In this document: positions 25,432 to 39,432 of the stretch, in pieces
Layout: each line of letters begins with the position of its first letter
How positions within the stretch are numbered: position 1 is the first letter of the stretch
The notes under the pieces: generated by a model
Database searches by the model: none
Told to the model about the DNA's origin: nothing
What the model saw: only the letters and a program-made list of their open reading frames with translations
Program-made: the position numbers and the translations under genes
Origin: Vicugna vicugna
Lineage: Eukaryota
Direction of reading: 5' to 3'
Length of the DNA stretch: 64,000 nt
NCBI GenBank assembly: GCA_013265495.1
Contig: MU058213.1
Coordinates: 310,001 to 374,000 of the forward strand

Positions 25432-26180
25432 GTACCAAAGGTTTTATACAATTCACTCATTAGAGAGGAAATCAGTAAGACGTTCAAACAAGTTCAGTTT
25501 GACTTAGAGATTTGTATTCTCTGCCTGACAAAGTTCATTGCTATGAACACAAATTATCTGCATTACTATCAGTATCCTATAATTTAACTTCTACTCTCAC
25601 AGAGTTTTAAAATAACTTAGTCAATAGTGGATCAATCAAATAGAATAAGATAATCCCTAAAGTTCCTCCAGATAATGCTCAACCCTCCACTGAAAGGACA
25701 TCTAATCACTTCTTTTGCCCATTTCCACATCTTGGATAATAGTTCTTGACACTTTATCACTTGGATATCTGTCTACAGTCCTGCTAGAATATGAGCTCGA
25801 AGCTAGGTCTTCAGATACAGGTTCCATACTGAGCTCCTTCATGCCAAGCTCCAAGCAAGACTCGAGCAGATACAAATGCAACACAAAGGCAAAGAAATAC
25901 CTTCCCTGATCTCAGCAACCTATTTAATACATATTAAGTATGTGTAAACAAATACTTTATATACAATATGTAAGAGCTATGGTTAAGGTAGATTAACCTG
26001 TGACATCCACAAAATGGAACAGTGAGAGATATGGGAAAAGAAAGGGTATACTTCGGATTATTCTAAGGAAAGAAGTGATCCCACACATCCCTAAGGTAAA
26101 ACCCACGCATGACTGACTTACTGAGAATTCAGTTCAACCACACACACAGAAAAATTTTTGAACGTCACCCACTATCAGTA

Positions 26181-26890
26181 TGTTGGGAACAAGGAGACTG
26201 AAACAGCTACAAAGAAGATATTGATAGGCAATATTTACTAAGCACATTAATCCTTGCAAGCACTTATTCAAGCAGACAGAGAGCTAGATATAAGCAGAGA
26301 AAGAGGGACACAGACCAAATGGCAGGAATTGGGCCAAAAAGGAGAGAGGCACGGGGCCAGATGCAGGAAACCATACATCATGTAAACAACAGGGGCCTTG
26401 TGCAGACAAAGAAAAGCAGGAAACTCTGGGCTGATAGGAAATCACACATTTTGGGGTGACAAGTGCCCTGCAAGCTGACAAAGTAAGGTGGGAAAAGGCA
26501 GGAATCTCCAGTGTCCGAATGTAACCTTTTGCACATTATGCCCTCATTACAATAAAATTAGCCTTGCAGATAAGAAGCACCCATCAAGCACCGAAGATCC
26601 AGACTAAATTCTCTCCTCCCCTCAGAAAGGTGGAGCTGGGATGGAAATCAGGGAATGTTAACCCCAAACCCTTTCCTCCCCAGTGAATATGCTGCCCATT
26701 CCTTTATACACACACTCTAAGTAACCAACTTGAGAAAGAAACTCCACGCAGGTGCTCACCGGAGCCCACCGGCTCTCCCTGGAGCATGTACTATCTATCC
26801 CTTAATAAATCCTCAGTTCACTTTCTTAACCTTCGTGTCTCATCTCTGAATTCTTTCTGTGATGAGACAAGAACCTAATCACCAGCAACA
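26181..26890 (+). mobile_element. Solo LTR (ERV1-type)
   Basis: TGTTG...CAACA inverted termini, AATAAA near 26804, gaattctttctgtgatgagacaagaacc U5 motif. Confidence 0.7.
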
Positions 26891-26920
26891 CACCTCATGA
26901 CCTAGATACTTTTATGAATC

Positions 26921-27855
26921 TGTGAGCAAGGGGAAGATGTCCCCTCTTCCTCTCTTCAATTCTTGTGGCTGGACTAATGGTAAAATTGACACAAGACAGA
27001 TTAATAAGAGAAAAAGAAACATTTAATTTGTGTGTACAGAGGTCTCATAGAAATAGGACCTAAGACGTGGCCAAAGCAGGCAGCTTTTATACTTTTTAGA
27101 CAAAGAAACAATACATTTGTGAGGAACCAACAGAATGAGTAAACTAGGCTTTGAGTGCTTAATAAGTGAAGAATCTAAACAGAATTTGGGCTTGGGGTAG
27201 TAAATTAAAGAAGTAACAACGTTTGTTTATACCCAGGCTTGACTGCCATTTCAGTAAACAAAGAATGTTGCCGGCAGGTCCTAAAGCCTTCAGCCCTTGC
27301 AGCCACCCCTGACGGTGCACCCTGAGGGGAATTCAGGATGGAGAAAAAGAGGATACTGGCCCTAGATACTCAAGATGCATATCAAAGGAATGATTTCCAT
27401 AAGCTCAGACTCTTACATCTTCCCATATATATAGAAAAGCCCTAAAATCATTAACTTGAGATGTCTGTTTCTTGTGATTAGCAGTAATTTTTTGATGTTT
27501 GACTACGTGTTTCTTTTTTTTTTTCCCCAGCAAAATCTTCTATATATCCTGGCTCCTCCCTTACCTCTTTGGAAAAGTCCTTCAGATGTATCTGAGGGGC
27601 TGCCATCCCAGGCTTTAGTCCTCAGTAAGGCCACCGAATAAAACATTATTCCCAACTTTTACATTGTACATTTTTTTCAGTCAACACTAGATATGGGGAG
27701 TGCATCCTTCCTATGAGAAACTTATTTCCTGCTTTCAGGGAGACAGAAAGGAGGGTCAAAGTCCCTCCTGCACTGACTGCTTCTTAAGTAACTTTAATTA
27801 ATAATCAATATGCCATTGAGGCATACTTTGGGGCAGCCTGTCCTGGGCCCCAACA
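26921..27855 (-). mobile_element. ERV1-type LTR (MER34/LTR39-like) interrupted by a plus-strand LTR fragment (~27240-27686)
   Basis: Outer element ends TGTGA/CAACA with the motif aattgacacaagacagattaa..gagaaaa. Inner element has a TATA-like tatatat, AATAAA at ~27637 and ends tttttttcagtcaaca. Confidence 0.7.
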
Positions 27856-28350
27856 AATCCCTTTTCATGGATGAGGAAACAGAAGCACACTGAGATCATA
27901 CAATGCTAAATCTTGCCCTCTCAGAGCTAAGAGTATAACAAAGGAAGAAAAATTCAAAAACCACACAGCCACATACAGTATGCTAATAGTATTAAGAACT
28001 ACATAATAATAATAAATTGTGCCAAATAGAACAGATGTATTTTGGGATGCCAATCTAAAGCATGCCCCTTCTTTGAAATGGCTTCCATCTACCTTCTCTG
28101 CTGAAAGCGGGAAACTAACTGACCATGCTTGTCCCATCTGACCCCCACAAAGGCTTGCATCAGCTCATTGGATCAGGGCTCCACACCCATTTCAGTGAGA
28201 ATCAACCTACAGGCCGGCTGAACCAATCAGATTCCCTGAGATGGGAAAGTGAAGCTGGGACACAGAGACCCTGAGTTGAAACATGGAGGGTGTAGGACTT
28301 GAAAGGTGTTGTAAAAATAGGACTGAAGTGAGCACAGAAGCAGGCCACAC

Positions 28351-28890
28351 TGAGACAGGAGGGAAGAGGTCAGGGCACACCTGTTAGAAGAATGACACAG
28401 CCTTGAGGATTCAACAAAAATTAGTTAGAACCAACTAGACCAAAGACGGCAGAACACTGGACTTCCTGTAGACCTCGAGCCTCACTTATATGCTGACTGT
28501 AATCCATTGGCATGCTACATGACACATCCACAGACCGGTTCCGAGGCTGACCGTAAAAGGCCAAAAAGTGGGTGGTGGTCCAATTCCTGGAAATCCCCAC
28601 CCTTTCCCCCAAAATAGTTGAAATAATCCTCCCACTCATTAGCATATGAAATTACCCAGCCACAAAAACAAACCACCCCCACACCCGGGGCCATGCTCAC
28701 CTTCTGAAATAGTCTGCATTCTATCGATGGAATGTGTGTTTTTCTAAATAAACTCACTTTCCCTTTACTACAGCTCGCTCCTGAATTCTTTCCTGCAAGA
28801 AGCCAAGAACCCTCACTTGGCAGCCCCTCCCAAGAGCTCGCCCAAGACCTGAGAGGTGACCATTCTCTCCCACCCCTTTCTCCTGCAACA
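28351..28890 (+). mobile_element. Solo LTR (ERV1-type) inserted in an older LTR-like element
   Basis: TGAGACAGG...CAACA, near-TSD ACAC/AAAC, AATAAA near 28747. Confidence 0.82.
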
Positions 28891-31084
28891 AAACTATGAA
28901 GCAGAGGAGCCCTACGTGAGCAGAAAAGGCTGGGCTACAGAGAGAAGCAGAAAACAACACAGAGCACAGTAAGAAGCAGAGATGAGAGCGATTAGCAATG
29001 GAATTCATAGACCCTGGCCTTGCAGTTCAAGTGCAGCTCCTGTGTGGCCCCGCTGCCTTTTCTTTTCTGGATGTCCATGAAAAGCCTGCTGTATCCTCTT
29101 CATAACCCTCTTTGGCCTGTGTTTCACTGATCAGTCCTTATTTGTCAGGGCTGTGAAGTATTCACCCAACAAAGAAGTATGTAGAGCATCTGCAAAACCA
29201 GAGGCAACGAGGTCCATGGGATGCTCAGAGAAGGCCGGTCCCCTCAGAGAGACGGAAAAGCAGGGCTGCACTGTTGCCTCCAGGCCTCCAGACTGAGGTT
29301 CTGCTCAGTTAGCCTTTGTTTACCTGAGTTGGTTCCTTTCTCCTCAGCCTGCTCTTTGTACCGCCCCTCACCTAGAGGTTTCTTCCCACCTCTGCACCCA
29401 CTACAGTATGAAGTGCCTCCCTGTCCTGTGCTCCTTCATTTCCAGCAGGCAGAGTGACTTTCTCACTGATCCGAGTTGAAGGCATGAGAAGGTCAAAGTC
29501 CGACGTTAGCAGGCCACACAAGTTTATTTTAGATAGACATTACATGAGCTGCAATTTTATTAAATATTTTCCCTAAACTGTAATTTCCCTAAAATTGGAT
29601 AGCTTTTTGTTTGTTTTTGTTTTCCTGCAGCAGAGACAGGAGAAATTCCAGGCAAAATTGGATAGTTTTAAGTTTAAATAACTGGCTACCTGGAGGGAGG
29701 ACTCTCAATTAAGAAAGCCATAATTCTACCAAAAAGGAATATACTAAATATAAAAGTTAGTTAAATTATGGATTCTTACTTCCCCTAAAAATAGATTCTT
29801 TTTCTGACAATCTAGTCATCATAGGCTATCATTGTTCTGACATCAGTGCATCTTTCTGTGGGCACAGATACAAACTCCTTGCTTGAGAGAAGAAAAAATA
29901 TATAATTAAAATGTTAGAGGTGGCTGTCACTCTAAATTCTAACCAAAATCAATGTAAAATTTCTCTAGAGCTGTAATCTGTCAGTGAACATAACTCTACC
30001 TTCAAAAGTTTCCACTTAAGCATAACTGAACAAAGCTGCCCAAAAAAAAAAAAAGAGCCATAACTCCCTAAAACTCTTTCAGTTAAAGAACAAAATCACA
30101 TTATTTTTATGAACTAAAACAGAATTATTAGAGCTTGGGTTCTTGGCCTGCTGCCAGTAATTCCTATGGGACATTTTCTGCCCATTTTCAAGCTACAAAA
30201 TCAAAACTGCTTCAGATTTTCCACACTTTGCGCTTCCAATAAGGTGTTTTCTCTGCTTTTCAGCCTCTAATAGACTTTTACTTTTTTGCTGTTGTTTTCA
30301 TTTTTGAGTGGGTTTGTGTAATAATTGACCACTGGCTAGTTTTAGAACTCTTTTCTTGCTTTTGTTTTGTTTTGTTTCTTAATAGTTTTCTCTTAGAGTC
30401 TGGTCAATACGTTGGTGGGGGGTTATGAATTAATTATGCATATAGGAGCAAAGTAATGTTAGTTTGAGATTATCTCACTACATCGAATTTGATGATATTA
30501 AAGTGGTGGGGTCCTGCTTGAACCCTAAGAGGAGTCAGTGTGGTGAACTGAACACCAAGGGATAATCTTATGCCAGTTTTATAAAAAATTATCTACACCT
30601 GTGGTACCTAAACTTTCAGCTCAATCAATTACTATTTCTGCCTTCAACATCCCCCATCCCACCCCCATCACAAACATCTCAACCAAACTGGAATTATGTG
30701 AAAGAAAAGGGTGGAAATGAGGGATTATTCAGGACTCCACTATCTAGTCCTCTGGGTTCACAACATTTCTTTTCACTTTGTAATTCACATTCTGGTTTCT
30801 TTCCATATGAGAACCCAAGTCTGCTGATAATTCTGAAAGATTAAAGAAACATCTCTTGTATTTCATCTACTCTAAAATGCCACCAATTCTACCATTATTT
30901 CATAGACCCAAGGGAAGAACACAAATTGCTAATTAAACTACTGACTGATGCTGGGCTAATTGTACAGGCATTACCTGGAAAGCCTGTTGAGATCTAAGAT
31001 TGTGGGTCCTACCCCTAGAGATTCTGACTGAGCAGATTGATTTAGCTTTCCCCTGCTGTTTCTAATGAACAGTGTCCCAAGTGG

Positions 31085-31345
31085 GAGGCAATGTAGCATG
31101 AAGACTGGTGAAACATGCTAGGTTCAAATCCTAGCTCTATTACATGCTAATTATGTGATATTGAGCACACTAACCATGCTACACCCTAGTTTCTCTAATC
31201 TGTAAAACAGAGATGATAGTACTGCCTATCCATGGGTTTTGTAAGAATTAAGTAAATTAACACCGAGGAATTAAATTGAAATATGTATAATTAAATATGA
31301 CACACCTAGGGTACTGCCTACCACAGTATAAGTGCTACGTAAATG
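31085..31345 (+). mobile_element. MIR SINE
   Basis: Core motifs ggttcaaatcctagctct...tagtttctctaatctgtaaaacagagatgatagtact. Confidence 0.75.
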
Positions 31346-32904
31346 TTTCAGGTCAAACTGAATAACAATAACAAATAAATTATTATTAAATTTCACCTAG
31401 CAAATACACCTGTATCACTGAGACACTGTAAAGCCTAGTGACAGTACCAGTGAAAGTAATTAAAAGGCCATTTATTGAACATTTACCATGAGCCAAATGC
31501 TCAAAACATGCTCTCTCTTTTGCCTTGTATGTTTGGAGAATTCAATCAAAATTTGTAATAAAGCTATCATCTTGTTCCTGTTTCCTAACTAAATCAGCAG
31601 AAAAGGTGTCCCTATCACTGCGCCCTCTCAGGCAAATACTATGTATCTTTTATAATGATAAAACTTCACTTAGCAAAGCAGGTGACAGGAATGCATGACT
31701 CAAGTTTTCTTAAATAAGGTCAGTCCCCCTACTGGATTCAGTGCTGCTGGAAGGCAGGGATTTGGGGTTTGGCTTTGGATTGGGCTTGCTTTGTTTTTTG
31801 CTTACTACTATGTTGTTCATTTTTATTTTATCTTGTGGTGTTTCCTTTATTTCTCCTAAATTTATCTCCTAAACAGCAAGGGATATCCTTTGATTCTAAT
31901 TTGCCATGATTGGGTGAACAAGCCTCCTGTTACTCTGTCTTTGTTGTGATTTTCTAAGTGCTTTTTATTTGCTCTCCCATTCATTTCACAAACTTTATTG
32001 GAGCCTCTCCCTTGACCCTGGACTTCTGTTAGAAGCTGGGCTATGCATTCTGTGCCCTCCTGAGCTTGGAGTCTAGGGTTACTGTAAATCATTATTCTGT
32101 CTATGCCTGACACTAAAATAAGCACTTAACAAACGTTTTGGCTGAAGCAGTGAAACTCCCTTGTCTTCCCCGCCCCCCTCAAGATTTGTAGATTGCGAAT
32201 TTCCTGCTGGCTCTTGAGTCACCCCTGGCTCAGGCTAACATCCAGATACTAATGAAGGGGGCTTAGATAACTCAAAGATGAGTTACCTCCTTAGATAAAT
32301 GACTAACAAAATACAACTTTTATGCTTCACACTGCAAATTTGTACTAAGTGCCAGAGATGGAGACATCACTCAGCTCCACTTTTCGGTGATTCAACACAT
32401 ACACATTGAAGAACCAATGATCTTAAAAACTGAACAGGACTTGTTTAATTGATACAATGTGGAGGTAAGAATACAGGCGTTAGAATCAGAGGGACTTAAG
32501 TTCATCGAGGGCCTCTGTCAGTTACTCACTATGTAGCCTTAGGTAGTTTATTTCTCCCATCTGAATTTCACCTGTTTTCATCTGAATAAGAATAAAACTA
32601 CCCCTCTAACAATGTGATTGTAAATACAATAATACATGTCTGCATTTAGGATCAAGCAAACAATAGTAGTCTCTCAAAGTAGCCACATTACCTATTTAGT
32701 CACACCACCTCCATAAAGTAGCTGGAACTTTTTTGATGTCTTTCTTTCTTCAGTAATACAAACAGACAAATACCTTTTGGACAGAAAAACAGTACAGTTA
32801 TATCCTTCTACCCCCGCCTCTCACCCCTCACGACTTTCTTATCCAAGTACAGAGCATGATATTTCACAGTTAATCTTCAGGTAAGAAACCATTAAAGCTG
32901 GTCA

Positions 32905-33104
32905 AAGATAAAGTATGAACAAAAACAGAACTACCGCATGATCCAGCAATTCCACCTTTGGGTATTTATCCAAAAAAATCCCAAAAACACTAACTGGGAA
33001 AGATATCTGCACCCCCACGTTCACTGCAGCATTATTTAGAGCAGCCGAGATATGGAAAGAACCTAACTGTCCATCAATGGATGGAATGAATAAAGGAAAT
33101 GTGA

Positions 33105-33137
<33 letters not shown>

Positions 33138-33380
33138 AACTATTAGCCATAAAAAGGAAAAAGAAATCTCGCCATTTGCAACAATATAGATGGACCTTGA
33201 GGGCATTGTGCTAAGTGAAATAAGTCAGACAGAGAGACAAATGCCATATGATCTCTCTTATATGTGGAGTCTGAAACTCAAAAACCCAGGCTCATAGATA
33301 CAGAGAATAGATTGGTGGTTGTCAGATGTGAAGGGTGGAGGGGTAGGAGAAATGAGTGATGGGGGCCAAAAAGTAAGAGG
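32905..33380 (+). mobile_element. L1 3' fragment with internal (CA)n
   Basis: agaactaccgcatgatccagcaattccac...gccatttgcaacaatatagatggaccttgagggcatt. Confidence 0.85.
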
Positions 33381-34479
33381 ATGGGGGGGAGGAGGTGGAA
33401 AGAGGGGAGGGAGACAGGGAGGAGGAGAAGGAGAAGTGTTGTTTATGTTTGAAGCAACCCAGAGATTCCCACAAGGAGCTGTTGAGAAGAAACCAGGGAG
33501 TCTGAAGAAATGAAGGTTGCTTAGTGCCCAGGATAAAATAAGGGATGGATCCTAGCACCACAGATGGAAACTACAGCAGCAAATAACAGAAAACCAGAAG
33601 AGAGACGTTTCCATCTGGATTTACTCAGAAAAAGGCTTCGGGAGAATAACAATGAAAGGAAATAAATCACCAGTGGATGTGTCAGCTCAAAATGCAGGAT
33701 GAATTTCAAATGGGCTCTGCGCATACATATTCTTATTTTAGACACCCTACGCCCTATAAATTATCTTGTGGGTAAAGACCTATTGTAGCCTTATATATTT
33801 GATTTATTTTAAAAAACCCAAATGCTTCTTTCCACAGAATATCATGCCACTTTATTGTTAGGAATAAATACTCCTAGTTGTTTTTTGGAATGAAACGTAG
33901 GTGTTTTGTTCGTGATATCTCTTCCCAAATTTAGTCATAGGAGATTATACAGCAGACACAATCCTGTTGTTCTCTGGTTGTGCCGTAGTATTTGAGAAAT
34001 GTTGAGGTAGTTCCATGATCTTCTATTGGGTAGTGATAAAATTCAAGACTGGAGCGTGATTTATAGGTCAGTAGAAGTAATACACTGCTGCTTATTTCTG
34101 AATGTCAAGTTACAATGACCTACTTTCTTTTGTGCATCTTTTTCATGATTCAAGTTTTTGAGGCAAAAGAGAGAGAGAAGCAAGAGGATCGGAGATGAGA
34201 GAGATGCTAAAACGGAAACAGAAGGTCAGAGTGATCCAAGGAATGTGGGCAGCCTCCAGCCTCTAGAATCCGAAAAAATCAAGGAACAGATTCTCCCCTA
34301 GAGACTCCAGAGGGAACATGGTCTTTGCTTTTAGCCCCACAAGAAGTATTGCAAAATTCAGACCTTCAGAAGTTAAAAAAAAAAAAAGACACAGTATAAA
34401 CAACTAAAGACAAAGATGTACCCCCACAGCCTAAAGACAGGATTTCCTCTAAAAATGAAATTATAAAAATGAGCCTAGT

Positions 34480-34608
34480 GGGGAAGGTAGAGCTCAGTGG
34501 TAAGGTGCATGCCTAGTATGCACAGGGTCCTGGGTTCAATCCCCAGGACCTCCATTAAAAAATAAATAAACCTAATTACCTTCCCCTTACAAAATATAAA
34601 CAAACAAA
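34480..34608 (+). mobile_element. tRNA-derived camelid SINE (vic-1-like)
   Basis: GGGGAAGGTAGAGCTCAGTGG...GGGTTCAATCCCCAG..CTCCA followed by an A-rich segment and cctaattacc. Confidence 0.85.
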
Positions 34609-36417
34609 CCTGCAACAAATAAGATCCACGATCTGTGGAGCTCATTCACACCAAGCCCTAAGGTCTATGTGGACGAGGTGTAGTCTCGTGGTGAGCTATT
34701 AGCCAGGTGAGTTCAGCACTGTTGGTACATCTAAAGCGTTAACCTAGTTCAGCGCCTCAGGGGCAAAGGGGGTTTCCAGTGGAAGGAACAATGATCCCAT
34801 AACCATTAAATCACCCTCATAAATAATTTGATTTCCCTATTGTACAGAGGAGGAAAAAAGGAAAGAATACTGATACAGCTATTTTTTTGTGACTATAAAT
34901 GAATACATAAATAGGCAGTTTTTTGTGAATTTGGTGTTTGTGAGGGTTGATCCTTCTGAACTCACTGACGAAGTTGGTAGAAAGAAATCAAGCCTTGGCC
35001 TATGAAAGAGTGGCCACTCTAAGGTGGGTCACAGGATATTGACTGCCCTGGGAAACCAGTTCATGAGGAGTTTGCTGGTATTGATGATGGTGATGGTGAT
35101 GACGATGATGATACCGACCACGTGCCAGGTGCTGTGTTAAGTGCTTTACAAGAATCTCTTCACATAATCACCGCAGCAGTTTCCTTTTACAGATTAGGAA
35201 AATGGGGTTTAGAGAGGTTAAGACTCACATGTATGAGCTATGAGTCAAACCAGATGTGTCTAAATTGGAAACAAATACCTGATCACTGTTCTTGAGCGCT
35301 TCCCCCACTCCCCCAAATCCTTAACAAACTTCTCTAGGACATTTCTAATTCTATTAAAAAAAGAAAATACATGTAATGACTCAAAGTTGCTTCTTAGCAA
35401 GAAGTGCCAGAAGGTATAACGCAGGCAAATGTTATCTTAATTTTCTAAAGATGATAGTGGGGATACCAAAGACTACAACTAAAAGTCTTTAAACCCCGAA
35501 AAGTCTTTAATACAAAATAAAACATACCTTGTGGCAATTCTTTAAAGGAATATAATTATCAAGAGCCAGGAAAGACTCAGTAAGAACAAATCATATCAAA
35601 TTTACTTAATGTCTATTCGACATTAGCATAGCTAAATCCCTAAATAACTTACTTTGTTTCAGGGAGAAATTTGACAGAATCTTTTCTGGATTATCACATC
35701 AAAATATATACACTAATCAAGGTCCCACTGGCCTCTACAAAATGGCAGGTCCCTTGGTAAATTCACCATCGTTGCGGTTCTGACATACAGCCTGGCTTGC
35801 AAAACCAGTAAGAAACAAATGATTAAAAACAAATACTTTCTATTATTTTAAGCACTACATTGAAATGTATTTACGTGTGAACAAAACACGTACCTTCAGT
35901 GTACAGCTTCGTGAATTTTGACAAATATATATATATACATTGATGTAACCATCAATCAGATTAAGATATAGGTCACACCTCATATGCCAGAAAATTTACC
36001 AATCAACACCTCTACCTTCCAGAGACAACCACTATTCTGATTTCTACCACCCTAGATTAGTTTTATCTATATTTCAAATTTACGTAAATGCGGTAATACA
36101 GTATGTATTCTTTTGTGTCTGGCTTCTGATACTCCACCTTATATGTTGAAATTCATTTATATTATTGCATATATCAACAGTTTCTTTTTTTACTGCTATA
36201 CAGGGCCCCATTGCATAAATATAGTAGTTAATATATTTTGCTGATGAACATACACTTTGTTGGAATGTATGTGGACATATATATGAACATATATTGGAAC
36301 AGACATCATTTTTATTAACTTTCAGTGAGAAATGAAAATGTCTAGTGGCCCAGACAGTGGGGTCCATTTTAACAGACTTTTCTCTCCCTGTGTGTTTATT
36401 ACATGGGAAGCGGAATC

Positions 36418-36558
36418 TTTTTTTGGCGGGGGAGGCGGGGAAGGAGAGGGGTAATTAGGTGGGGTTTTTTGGGGTTTTTTTGATGGAGGTACTGGGAATT
36501 GAACCCAGGACCTGTGCATGCTAGGCACACGCTCTGCCACTGAGATATACCCTCCCCC
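36418..36558 (-). mobile_element. tRNA-derived camelid SINE (vic-1-like)
   Basis: Same consensus, reverse strand. Confidence 0.85.
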
Positions 36559-37389
36559 AGAAGCTGTAATTTCAGAAAGTATCTATATGAGTCTGGAATC
36601 ATAAAACAAAGCAAGTTTGTTAGAGAATCCAAATCTGCAACTCTCAACAAAGACATGCTATTGGGAGGCTAGACAGGAGGCTGGGTGAGTAAGGCTCAGA
36701 TTTGCCTCAGGGATTCTCCTTGGCTTCTCTACAGCTAATTCTGGACCCGTATGATCAACACATCCTCTCTTTAGACATATTAATATTAACATTAACCTTA
36801 GGCGTTTCCCGCTGAGAATATGCTTTGAACATCTCAGCTGTTGATTTTCAGTTGAATTAACTAACGTTCCCCCTTCCCTCCACTCCTGGTTCTTGTGTGG
36901 AGGACTCCCCTGTAACTCTGTCCTAAAGTATCACCCACAGGATTTATCCAACTCCTGTGGGTTAATGTCACTCCAGCCACCTGGAAGAGTCTTGTGGAGT
37001 CAATCCCCCTCTCTGCCTTCCTCTGAAAGGCTTGAAGGAAGATTTTAAACGTCATCAAATTTGTAGCTGGCCAGGATAGCTGCTGCAGGAGCCAACAGAA
37101 TCAAACTGCAAAACAGACTAATGCACAAATCCAAAACAACAATATAAGTAGAGAGAATTAAAAGTTCAGAAAACATCAACCACAAGTACAGTTTTGGAGA
37201 AATCTGATTTGCTAAATTTTCCATTTGAATACAGTTTTACAAATACCACTCTATTAATAGAAGCATTATTTTATTTCACTCTGCATTGATTCAGGCTGTA
37301 TGTAGGGAATAATTTCCATTTCTAGCCACTACTAAATTTTAAGAAAAATTATAATTCTAAAATGTAGCTTCATAGAGAGATGACCAGCT

Positions 37390-38185
37390 AAGGGTTCTGC
37401 CCCCAATTCTGATGTGTGTGTAGGGAGGGGTTTCCTACACCACCAAGCAATTCTTCAACAGCAGCTGTGTCCTGCAATTGAACTCAATTCTGACATAATC
37501 CACCTGGAGATAACATCAAATCCCACAGAGTAAGGGCTCAGTTCTCTAAGACTGTGTCTCCCTCCTCCTCAGAGAACAATCATAAGTCCAGGTTGTCACC
37601 TGTGCTTTTGACCAGAAGGCTATAAATCAGCAGTGCCCATGACCCTCTCCTTGGTTTCTATTTATTTGCTAGAACGGGTCACAGGATTCAGGAAACCAGT
37701 TTATTCATTAGATTACCAGTTTATCATAAAAGGATATAACTCAGGAACTGTCAAATAAAATACAGATAGAGCAAAGCATGGGGAAGGCAGAAAACTTTCG
37801 TCCGCCCTTGGAGGACCACCACTCTCTGCAATCGCCACGTGTTTGTCAAACCAGGAGCTCTCCAAACCCTCCTTTTGGAATTTTATGGAAGCTTCATTAC
37901 ATAAACGTGATTGATAAAATCAATTGGCAATTGGTATTTATTCACACTCCAGCCCCTTTCCCACCCCCTTACCCTCCCACCTGCCAGGTCAGTGGGGTGG
38001 GACTGAACATTCAAACCCTCTAATCACGTGGTTGGTTCTCTTGGCAACCAAACTCCATCTTTAGGTGCATCCAAAAGCATCCTTAGATGAGTCATTACTT
38101 AAATTCCAAGGGTTTTAGGAGCTCTGCGCCAGAAACATGGATGAAGACCAAAAATTCATTTCTTATTATAAATTGCAATATCACA
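37390..38185 (-). mobile_element. MER21-like LTR
   Basis: Recalled MER21 motifs (caattctgaca..cacctggaga; ttccaagggttttaggagctctg; ends aatatcaca). Confidence 0.78.
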
Positions 38186-38319
38186 CCAACACTAAATTAC
38201 AAAAATAAAGCAAAGCATAGAGAAGAGAAGGGGACACCTATTTGGATGGAATGGCCAAAGAAGACCTCTCCCAAGAAGCGACATTTGGACAGAGACCTGT
38301 CGGAGGGAGATAAGTAAGG

Positions 38320-38655
38320 CAGCATCAGATGAACTGTGGACTGTGGGCCAAATTTGACAAGCTGCCTGCTTTTGTACAGCTCAGGAGCAAAGAATGGTTC
38401 TTACATGTGTAAATGGTTTAAAAGTTTTTGAGAGAAGAATATTACATGACTTACGAAAATTACATACCATTCAAATTTGTGTCCCCAGATGAAGATCTCT
38501 TGGGACACATCCACACCCATGCATTTACGTATTGTTTGTTGTTGTTTTCACGCCGTTACAGCACAGTTGAGTAGTTGTAACAGAGAGGAAGGACACAGAC
38601 CACAAAGCCTAAAGTATTTTACCATCTGGCAGTTTATGGAAAAGAGGACCCCTAA
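38320..38655. mobile_element. MER58-like hAT-Charlie DNA transposon
   Basis: tgtgggccaaat...gcacagttgagtagttgtaacagaga...cacaaagcctaaagtatttt. Confidence 0.8.
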
Positions 38656-39298
38656 TATAAAGGAGCAAGCCCTGCCAATATCTAAGGGAAAATACATTCA
38701 GTCAGAGAGAATGGCAAGAGCAAAGGCCAGGGCTGTGGTTGGCTTGCATTCAAACAACCACACAGAAAGCAATGTGGCTGGAGGGCAGGGAGCCAGAAGG
38801 GGATCGGGAGGCAATGGTAGGAAGTGAGATCAGAAAGGCAACTGCTGATATTAGACTACAGTTTTGCAGAATGTTACCACTAGGGGCAGTGGGTAAAACT
38901 GTACATAGGATCTCTGTATTATTTTTTACAACTGGACATGAAGCTACAATTATTTTGAAATTCAAAGTTTATTTTTCAAGTTAAAAAAAGAGAGAGAAAG
39001 GGAAGTACGAGCCAAATCTTCTTGGGGTAAAGATTTTGACTGAACTGGAAAGCCAATTAAGGGGTTTGAAAAGGGAATGGCATGATCCGACAGCCCATAT
39101 TTTCCCACGGATAGGGAAAAAAATGTGTCTTTAGTCACCACAGGAATCACAGGTATTTTTGGATCACATCACAGTTGTTGCAGTTATCTGAAACTATCAC
39201 TTATTAATATCTCCACTCAGCAATTATTACTGTATCTTCCACTACATCTTATTTAATGCATTGATAAAGAAACATATATAATATAGATATATTACTTA

Positions 39299-39432
39299 TT
39301 TTTTGTTTTTATTTTTTATTTTTATTGAATTGTAGTCATTTTACAATGTTGTGTCAAATTTCAGCGTAGAGCACAATTTTTCAGTTCTACATGAAGGTAC
39401 ATATATTCATTGTCACATTTTTTCCCTGTCAG
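39299..39432 (-). mobile_element. Short young L1 3' end
   Basis: T-rich tail and a perfect 15-bp TSD TAGATATATTACTTA (39284-39298 / 39433-39447). Confidence 0.85.

Noticed and set aside
25702..25909. Protein-like ORFs on both strands
   Set aside because: No recognisable homology or splice support; part resembles a decayed MIR (gaagacctagcttcgag on the minus strand).
34480..34555. tRNA genes at SINE heads (also 57432, 57592 and others)
   Set aside because: These are multiple diverged copies with shared non-tRNA tails and TSDs, i.e. tRNA-derived SINEs.
36933..36962. Perfect 10-bp inverted repeat ACCCACAGGA/TCCTGTGGGT
   Set aside because: About one such hairpin is expected by chance in 64 kb, and it is too short for a pre-miRNA.
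38877..38890. CTCF-like CCACTAGGGGCAG
   Set aside because: The core is one base short and it lies in an old L1 3' UTR fragment.
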